Positions 57,678 to 64,000 of a stretch of 64,000 nt of DNA are shown in pieces. The notes under the pieces were generated by a model that was not told where the DNA came from, ran no database searches, and saw nothing but the letters and a program-made list of their open reading frames with translations. Each line of letters opens with the position of its first letter. Positions within the stretch are counted from its first letter, which is position 1. A program made the position numbers and the translations under genes. The DNA is from an uncultured Collinsella sp. (GTDB taxonomy: Bacteria > Actinomycetota > Coriobacteriia > Coriobacteriales > Coriobacteriaceae). Location: NCBI GenBank assembly GCA_900549135.1, contig URNI01000001.1:834-64833 (forward strand), given 5' to 3'.

Positions 57678-60038
57678 ATGGATGCCGCAGCCCGTACCGC
57701 CCATGATTCCACCCTCCAGCCGTTTTCGGAGATGGAGCACTATAAGCATGCCGATGAGCTGCCGCCCGAGATTATGGCGGACAGCTACGACAAGCTGGAG
57801 CGCCTGTGCCTCAAATATATGAATGAGGACGACTTTTCTAAGGTTGAGCAGGCCTACTGCTTTGCCGCCGAGAAGCACTGCAACCAAAAGCGCCGCTCGG
57901 GCGAGATGTACATTAACCATCCCGTCGAGGTTGCCATCATTTTGGCCGATCTCAAGATGGACTGCGATGTGGTGTGTGCCGCGCTGCTGCACGATACCGT
58001 CGAGGATACCGAGACCTCGCTCACCGATGTTTCCGGCCTGTTTGGCGAAACCGTTGCTGAGCTCGTCGATGGCGTGACCAAGCTCACCAACATCGAAGTC
58101 GACAGCATGGACGAGAAACAGGCCCTCACGCTGCGCAAGATGTTCCTCGCCATGTCCAAGGACATTCGTGTCATCATCGTTAAACTTGCCGACCGTCTGC
58201 ACAACATGCGTACGCTGGCGGCCCTGCGTGAGGATCGTCGCCTGTTTAAGGCTCGCGAGACCATGGACGTGTACGCGCCCTTGGCCGACCGCCTGGGCAT
58301 GAGCTCTATTAAGTGGGAGCTCGAGGACCTGTCCTTCTTCTACCTGGAGCCCGATGCCTACCAGCGCATCGCGCGCATGGTGGCTGAGTCGCGCGAGGTC
58401 CGCGAGCGCTACCTTGCCGAGACCATCAAGACGCTCACCGACGAACTCAACCGCATTGGCCTGGAGGGCTTCCAGATTAATGGCCGCTCCAAGCACTATT
58501 GGTCCATCTACCAAAAGATGAAGCGCAAGGGCAAGGAGTTCTCCGAGATCTACGACCTGGTGGCGCTGCGTGTTATTACCCATTCGGTGCGCGATTGCTA
58601 CTCCACGCTCGGTGCGGTGCATACGCTGTGGCATCCCATGCCTGGTCGCTTTAAAGACTATATTGCCATGCCCAAGGTCAATAACTACCAGTCGCTCCAC
58701 ACGACGGTCATCGGCCCCACGGCTCGTCCGCTCGAGATTCAGATTCGAACCTACGAGATGCATGAGCAGGCCGAGTATGGCATTGCCGCCCACTGGCTAT
58801 ATAAGAAGTCGGGCGGATCGTCTGCTTCCAAGACCAATGACGCTCAACGTTTGGACGACCAGATCAACTGGCTCAAGCATTCGCTCGATTGGGCGGCTTC
58901 CGACGAAATCACCGATGCCAAGGAATACCTGCATTCGCTGAAGGTCGACCTCTTCGATCAGGAGATTTTCGTCTTTACGCCCAAGGGCGAGGTCATGGCG
59001 CTTCGTGCCGGCTCCACGCCGCTCGACTTTGCCTACGCCGTTCACACCGAGGTGGGAAACCACTGCGTCGGCGCTAAGATCAACGGTGCGGTGGCCCCGC
59101 TCACGCACGAGATCAAGACGGGCGACCGCGTTGAAATCCTGACTAACAAGAGTTCCAAACCGTCGCGTGATTGGCTCAAGATCGTCAAGACGCCTTCCGC
59201 CAAGTCAAAGATCCGCCGCTATTTTGCCGCTGCGACCAAGGACGACGACGCTGCCGCCGGCCGCGATATGCTGGCCAAGGACCTGCGTAAGCGTGGCTAT
59301 GGCATTTCTACGCCGCGTTCGACGCGCGCGCTCAATGCCGTGGCGGAGCAGTTTAACTTCAAGCAGCTCGAGGACCTGTTTGCCGCCGTCGGCGCCGGCA
59401 AGGTTGCCCCGCGCGCTGTGGGCAATAAGGTCGAGCAAATCTTGGACCCAAAGCCCGAGGAACAGCTCACCAAGGCCGAGGCTATCGCCGAGGTCGTGAA
59501 ACAGCCTGCTCGCGGCTCCAACCGCAAGCCGCAAAAGCGCGGCAAGAGCGCCAGTAACGGCATTATCGTCAAGGGCGAGAGCAACAGCGGCCTGCTAGTC
59601 CGTCTGGCTCATTGCTGCAACCCCGTGACGGGCGACGACATCGTCGGCTTTATCACGCGCGGCCGAGGTGTCTCAGTGCATCGCGCCAACTGCCCCAACG
59701 TCAAGGGCCTCATGGAGCACCCCGAGCGCATGATTGACGTAGAGTGGGATGGTGCTGCCGACACTCTCTTCCAGGTCGAGATCGTGGTCGAGTGCCTGGA
59801 CCGCATGGGCCTGCTCAAGGACGTCACCATTGCCATTGGCGATGCAGGCGGCAATATCCTTTCCGCCGCCACCTCGACCAACCGCGAGGGTATTGCGACC
59901 CTGCGCTTTATGGTCGAGATTTCGGATGCGAGCGGCCTGGATCCGCTGCTGGCTTCCATCAGCAGCGTCGACTCGGTCTACGACGCTCGCCGTCTTATGC
60001 CCGGCGAGGGCGGAGCGCAACTCAAGCGCCGTGTGTAG
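57678..60038 (+). CDS. relA: Bifunctional (p)ppGpp synthetase/hydrolase Rel
   Basis: RRSGEMYINHP, LLHDTVEDT, KLADRLHNMRT, YQSLHT, EIQIRT; TGS and ACT domains. Confidence 0.95.
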   Translation: MDAAARTAHDSTLQPFSEMEHYKHADELPPEIMADSYDKLERLCLKYMNEDDFSKVEQAYCFAAEKHCNQKRRSGEMYINHPVEVAIILADLKMDCDVVCAALLHDTVEDTETSLTDVSGLFGETVAELVDGVTKLTNIEVDSMDEKQALTLRKMFLAMSKDIRVIIVKLADRLHNMRTLAALREDRRLFKARETMDVYAPLADRLGMSSIKWELEDLSFFYLEPDAYQRIARMVAESREVRERYLAETIKTLTDELNRIGLEGFQINGRSKHYWSIYQKMKRKGKEFSEIYDLVALRVITHSVRDCYSTLGAVHTLWHPMPGRFKDYIAMPKVNNYQSLHTTVIGPTARPLEIQIRTYEMHEQAEYGIAAHWLYKKSGGSSASKTNDAQRLDDQINWLKHSLDWAASDEITDAKEYLHSLKVDLFDQEIFVFTPKGEVMALRAGSTPLDFAYAVHTEVGNHCVGAKINGAVAPLTHEIKTGDRVEILTNKSSKPSRDWLKIVKTPSAKSKIRRYFAAATKDDDAAAGRDMLAKDLRKRGYGISTPRSTRALNAVAEQFNFKQLEDLFAAVGAGKVAPRAVGNKVEQILDPKPEEQLTKAEAIAEVVKQPARGSNRKPQKRGKSASNGIIVKGESNSGLLVRLAHCCNPVTGDDIVGFITRGRGVSVHRANCPNVKGLMEHPERMIDVEWDGAADTLFQVEIVVECLDRMGLLKDVTIAIGDAGGNILSAATSTNREGIATLRFMVEISDASGLDPLLASISSVDSVYDARRLMPGEGGAQLKRRV

Positions 60039-60071
60039 GTGCGAGAGCCTCTCAGCATCATAGATATTGGT

Positions 60072-60110
60072 TACGTTCGAGGCATCGTTTGGTGCCTCGA
60101 ACGTATTTTA
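60072..60110 (+). terminator. Hairpin/terminator after relA
   Basis: TACGTTCGAGGCA-loop-TGCCTCGAACGTA followed by TTTT. Confidence 0.6.
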
Positions 60111-60120
60111 GAAGGAGGGT

Positions 60121-60810
60121 ATGCGCATGGGCGATATGACTTTGGACCTGACACCCCGAGGCGCGGCTTCGATTGAGGCGCTCGTCAACGGCCCGATTCA
60201 GACCAACAGCTACGCCGTGATTTCGAATGACGAGTGCTTAATCGTCGATCCGGCGTGGGAGGGCGAGCGTCTTGTGGAGCATATCCGCACCGCGCATCCC
60301 GAGGTGCGCGTGCTCGGCTCTGTCTGCACGCACGGTCATGCCGACCATGTTGGCGGGGTTGCCGGGGTTCGAGCTGTCGTTGGCGACAGCGCACTATATG
60401 AGTTGTGCGCTAAGGACGTGACGGTACCTCGCGCAAATATCGAGGAGCAGCGCGCCATGTGGGGTATCGAGACGCCCGATCCGGGTGAGCCGACGCGTTT
60501 GCTTGCCGAGGGCGATACAATCGAGGTGGGCGACGTCTGCCTGCAGGTGATCGAGACGCCGGGGCATACGCCGGGCGGCATCGTCCTGTTCGCCGCGACC
60601 GAGCAGGGGAACATCGCCTTTGTGGGCGACACGCTTTTCCCGGGCAGTCACGGTCGTACCGATCTTTCCGGCGGTGACGAGGCGGCGATTATGCGCTCGC
60701 TCTCCAAACTTGCCAAGACGCTTCCGCCCGATACCGTTTGCTTGACGGGCCATGGCGATTCGACCACGATGGCGCGCGAACTTATGCAGAACCCGTTTAT
60801 GCAGATGTAG
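60121..60810 (+). CDS. MBL-fold metallo-hydrolase (glyoxalase II-like)
   Basis: THGHADH, TPGHTPG, GDTLF and TGHG. Confidence 0.9.
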   Translation: MRMGDMTLDLTPRGAASIEALVNGPIQTNSYAVISNDECLIVDPAWEGERLVEHIRTAHPEVRVLGSVCTHGHADHVGGVAGVRAVVGDSALYELCAKDVTVPRANIEEQRAMWGIETPDPGEPTRLLAEGDTIEVGDVCLQVIETPGHTPGGIVLFAATEQGNIAFVGDTLFPGSHGRTDLSGGDEAAIMRSLSKLAKTLPPDTVCLTGHGDSTTMARELMQNPFMQM

Positions 60811-61004
60811 GCTTGAAGCCGTCTTTCGAACCACGAAGACCGCTCAATCGTCAAGCTATTTTCCCCAGTGGGTCGATTCTGTGGGGCAAACGGTCAAAAT
60901 TTGTCCAATCGGATGGTATTCGTGAACAAACGAACGTTTATGCTCGGGTATGTCGTGGTAAAATCTCAGGCGTTATCGGAGCAACCTTACAGGAGGTTTC
61001 TTTT

Positions 61005-61871
61005 ATGCTCGTCAACGCAGCAGACATGCTCAAGAAGGCCGAGGCCGGCAAGTACGGTCTCGGTGCCTTCAACACCAACAACCTCGAGTGGACCCTGGCT
61101 ATTCTCCAGGCCGCCGAGGAGGCCAAGTCTCCGCTGATCCTTCAGTGCACCGCTGGTGCCGCTAAGTGGATGGGCGGTTTCAAGGTCTGCGCCGACATGG
61201 TCAAGGCTGCCGTCGAGGCCACGGGCGTTACCGTTCCCGTCGCCCTTCACCTCGATCACGGTTCTTACGAGGACTGCTTCAAGTGCATCGAGGCCGGCTT
61301 CACGTCCATCATGTATGACGGCTCTCACGAGGAGACCTTCCAGCTTAACCTCGACCGCACCAAGGAGCTCGTTGAGCTTGCCCACTCCAAGGGCATGTCC
61401 ATCGAGGCCGAGGTCGGCGGCATCGGCGGCACCGAGGACGGCGTGACCTCCAGCGGCGAGCTCGCTGATCCTGCCGAGTGCAAGCAGATCGCTGACCTGG
61501 GCGTCGACTTCCTCGCCTGCGGTATCGGCAACATCCACGGCGTGTACCCTGCCGACTGGGCTGGCCTTTCCTTCGAGCGCCTGGGCGAGATCAAGGCTCA
61601 GACCGGCGACCTGCCCCTCGTCCTGCACGGTGGCACCGGCATCCCCGAGGATCAGATCAAGAAGGCCATCTCCCTGGGTATCTCCAAGATCAACGTCAAC
61701 ACCGACCTGCAGCTCGTCTTCGCCAAGGGCGTCCGCGAGTACATCGAGGCTGGCAAGGATCAGCAGGGCAAGGGCTTCGACCCCCGCAAGCTCCTCAAGC
61801 CTGGTCGCGACAACATCGTTGCCCGCACCAAGGAGCTCATGGAGGAGTTTGGCTCCGTCAACAAGGCGTAA
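61005..61871 (+). CDS. fba: Class II fructose-1,6-bisphosphate aldolase
   Basis: AFNTNNLEW, VALHLDHG, MYDGSH, GNIHG, VLHGGTG, KINVNT and KGFDPRKLL; AGGAGG RBS. Confidence 0.95.
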   Translation: MLVNAADMLKKAEAGKYGLGAFNTNNLEWTLAILQAAEEAKSPLILQCTAGAAKWMGGFKVCADMVKAAVEATGVTVPVALHLDHGSYEDCFKCIEAGFTSIMYDGSHEETFQLNLDRTKELVELAHSKGMSIEAEVGGIGGTEDGVTSSGELADPAECKQIADLGVDFLACGIGNIHGVYPADWAGLSFERLGEIKAQTGDLPLVLHGGTGIPEDQIKKAISLGISKINVNTDLQLVFAKGVREYIEAGKDQQGKGFDPRKLLKPGRDNIVARTKELMEEFGSVNKA

Positions 61872-61891
61872 GCGTCGCTAAACTTCCCGTC

Positions 61892-62117
61892 GGAAGCCCC
61901 GTCCCCCTACACTGTTTCCTTTACGCTCACCTGACTTCGCCAGAAGTCGCGCCAAGGAAACAGTTCCGGGGGACGGGGCTTCCTTCGTTTAACGCCGCAG
62001 GGTTACGAGTCTGAATTAAGATGGCTACTGGCTTCGCCAGAAGTCGCGCAATGGGAAAAGCTTCGGGTGAACGGGGCCTCCTTCGTTAACTCGCTACAGG
62101 GTTACTGGGCTGAATTC
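61892..62117 (+). repeat. Structured intergenic element: long hairpin plus ~97-bp-period tandem duplication
   Basis: GGAAGCCCCGTCCCC..ACTGTTTCCTT pairs with AAGGAAACAGT..GGGGACGGGGCTTCC. The segment CTTCGCCAGAAGTCGCGC...ACGGGGC.TCCTTCGTT...CAGGGTTAC...CTGAATT occurs at about 61931 and 62028. Confidence 0.75.
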
Positions 62118-62222
62118 ATTTTTAGAGGTACCGTTTATCGGTGTTGAGGGTTCCTTTATTGGGGCTTTCTTTTTTATCTCGCTACAATGGGCTTCAAGAG
62201 TTCTAATGACTTGGAGTTTGGT

Positions 62223-63656
62223 ATGGCTGTTATTAATGTGCTGCCTTCGGATGGGAAGGTTATTGACGAGGGTCCTGTTGGTTGCTCTGTTGATGTTTGC
62301 TGTGATGACTTTCGTTATCTCGATATTGGACTGCCGCCTGAGATTCTTCGTCTTAAGGATGCCGGGTATTTGACGCAGGCTGTTGCTGCCTGCGATCGCC
62401 TTTTGGAGCAGAACCCTGAGCCTTCGCTGGCTGCCTGCGTTCGCGCCGAGCGGTATCGCATGATCGAGACGCCGCTTCATTTTTCGGTGTCGCGCGATCG
62501 AGCTATTGCGATGATTCGCGAGGAGTGGCCAGAGTTTACCGATGAGCAGTTTGACGACCTGATTGACCGCAAGCATATCGATTGCCGCTTTATCGATGGT
62601 GAACTGTTCGTTCTTGACAACTTCCTTGATTCTTTGCGCGTGTATCCCAAGGAGGTTCCGGGTCTGCGTCCCGATTCTGCGGATGGAATTACGCTGCGCA
62701 ACCAGATGCTCGAGGAGATGGAGTCACGGGGCGGGCTGTCTCGCTCCATCACGCTTAAGGCATGCGTATCTGTCCCCGGTGCTTTGGAGGGGGAGACCGT
62801 TCGCGCTTGGCTTCCCGTCGCGGCTGCCTGCCGTCAGCAGTCTCGGGTCGAGATTCTCGACATGACGCCGGAGGGTACTGTTGCTCCCGCGAACGCTTCG
62901 GCGCGTACTGTCTCGTGGTCTTCTTCGAGTGAGCGCTCATTCTCGGCGACCTATCGCTATCAAATCAATGCCGCTTATCGCGATATTTATGGGGGTGCGC
63001 TTCCGTCGCATCCGTGTATGGACGCGCCGTTGCCCGAAGATATTTCTGAGGACCGTTCGCACATTGCATTCACGCCGTATCTGCAACAGCTGACCGAGCA
63101 TGTCGTTGATGGCCTCGAGGATCCGCTCGATCGCGCTCGTGCTATCTATGATTACCTGACACAGCATATCGACTATCGCTATCAGCCACCGTACCTGCTT
63201 TTGGGATCTATTGCCGATGACTGCGCGCATTCGCTCCGCGGCGATTGCGGCGTTATGGCGCTCACGTTTATCACCATGTGTCGCATCGCGGGCGTGCCTG
63301 CCCGTTGGCAGAGCGGCCTGTACGTTGCGCCCGATTCGGTGGGGTCGCACGACTGGGCAGAGTTCTATACGCCGCAGACCGGTTGGCTCAACGCTGACGT
63401 GTCATTTGGATCTTCTGCTCGCAGGATGGGGGAGGAATGGCGCCGCCGTCACTACTTTGGCAATCTCGACCCGTGGCGTATGGTGGCCAACAATCGATTC
63501 CAGGCAGAGTTTGAGCCCTCTTTCGACGGCATGCGCGAGGACCCTTACGATAACCAGATGGGTGAGGCTTCGGTCGGCGGTCGCGGATGTCGTCAGCGCG
63601 AGATGCTCCGCACAGTCGAACTCATCGAAATGCTCGAAGTTCCATTTTCGGACTAA
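62223..63656 (+). CDS. Transglutaminase-like domain protein
   Basis: Cys-His-Asp triad motifs GDCGVMA, HDWAEFY and WLNAD. Start uncertain (62187, or 62223 with GGAG RBS). Confidence 0.85.
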   Translation: MAVINVLPSDGKVIDEGPVGCSVDVCCDDFRYLDIGLPPEILRLKDAGYLTQAVAACDRLLEQNPEPSLAACVRAERYRMIETPLHFSVSRDRAIAMIREEWPEFTDEQFDDLIDRKHIDCRFIDGELFVLDNFLDSLRVYPKEVPGLRPDSADGITLRNQMLEEMESRGGLSRSITLKACVSVPGALEGETVRAWLPVAAACRQQSRVEILDMTPEGTVAPANASARTVSWSSSSERSFSATYRYQINAAYRDIYGGALPSHPCMDAPLPEDISEDRSHIAFTPYLQQLTEHVVDGLEDPLDRARAIYDYLTQHIDYRYQPPYLLLGSIADDCAHSLRGDCGVMALTFITMCRIAGVPARWQSGLYVAPDSVGSHDWAEFYTPQTGWLNADVSFGSSARRMGEEWRRRHYFGNLDPWRMVANNRFQAEFEPSFDGMREDPYDNQMGEASVGGRGCRQREMLRTVELIEMLEVPFSD

Positions 63657-63695
63657 TCGGTAGAAAGCTGTGATAAACTAACTTGCGCATTACGT

Positions 63696-63782
63696 GCCCG
63701 AGTGGCGGAATTGGCAGACGCAGTGGACTCAAAATCCACCGTTGGCAACAACGTGCGAGTTCGAGTCTCGCCTCGGGCACCA
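63696..63782 (+). tRNA. tRNA-Leu(CAA)
   Basis: Acceptor GCCCGAG/CTCGGGC plus ACCA, D-arm TGGCGGAATTGGCAGACGC, anticodon stem GTGGA-CTCAAAA-TCCAC, long variable arm and T-loop GTTCGAGTC. Confidence 0.97.
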
Positions 63783-63801
63783 TACATGCAAGTGAGCGTT
63801 C

Positions 63802-63824
63802 AAGGGGGTTGCGGCCCCCTTTTT
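63802..63824 (+). terminator. Terminator after tRNA-Leu
   Basis: AAGGGGGTTGCGGCCCCCTTTTT. Confidence 0.65.
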
Positions 63825-64000
63825 CGTGTACGTAATGTGATAACGCGCTGCGCGTGTTATTATCCACAAGGCGTTGTTCCCGCAATGCCCTAAAGAGGAA
63901 CCCGAGGGTTCCCACCTTTTGGCGCCAATGAGCAGCTGACTGGTCATACAACTTAGATTCGCTCCCTCAAATCGAGGATGTCTATGTGTACGACCTGGTT

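Noticed and set aside
63783..64000. Integrative element or prophage at tRNA-Leu
   Set aside because: Only about 200 bp are visible, with no integrase and no duplicated tRNA 3' end in the window; it cannot be supported.

Overview
This is a high-GC chromosomal window. Gene content and style suggest a gut Coriobacteriia, probably Collinsella-like (inference only). Most of it is core or metabolic genes: DUF2130 (partial), a DUF3516 helicase, trmB, an FAD-dehydrogenase/EtfBA module, azlCD, kdgT, a GGDEF protein, purL, a cation:proton antiporter, hom, a liv ABC operon, cutC, recJ, relA, fba and tRNA-Leu(CAA). Five regions stand out. (1) A lower-GC island at about 35.8-42.3 kb, bracketed by two diverged ~200-bp direct repeats built from ~62-bp palindromic units. 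It carries a Fic gene and a translationally coupled FHA / SPFH-Zn-ribbon / 4-TM / CAP12-type TIR / Zn-ribbon-TPR operon, a candidate undescribed membrane-sensing defence or signalling system. (2) A tRNA-modification neighbourhood with a bacterial Elp3 and a methyltransferase bearing Trm9/ALKBH8-like motifs, a possible eukaryote-like mcm5U34 pathway. (3) A Shango-type TerB/ATPase/helicase operon with a LexA-like box in its promoter. (4) A WxL/csc-like secreted and sortase-anchored surface-protein operon. (5) An SDR resembling bile-acid 3-alpha-HSDHs. Several intergenic palindromes and tandem repeats are present. No CRISPR array, integrase or transposase was seen. All family assignments come from motif recognition by eye; no database searches were run.
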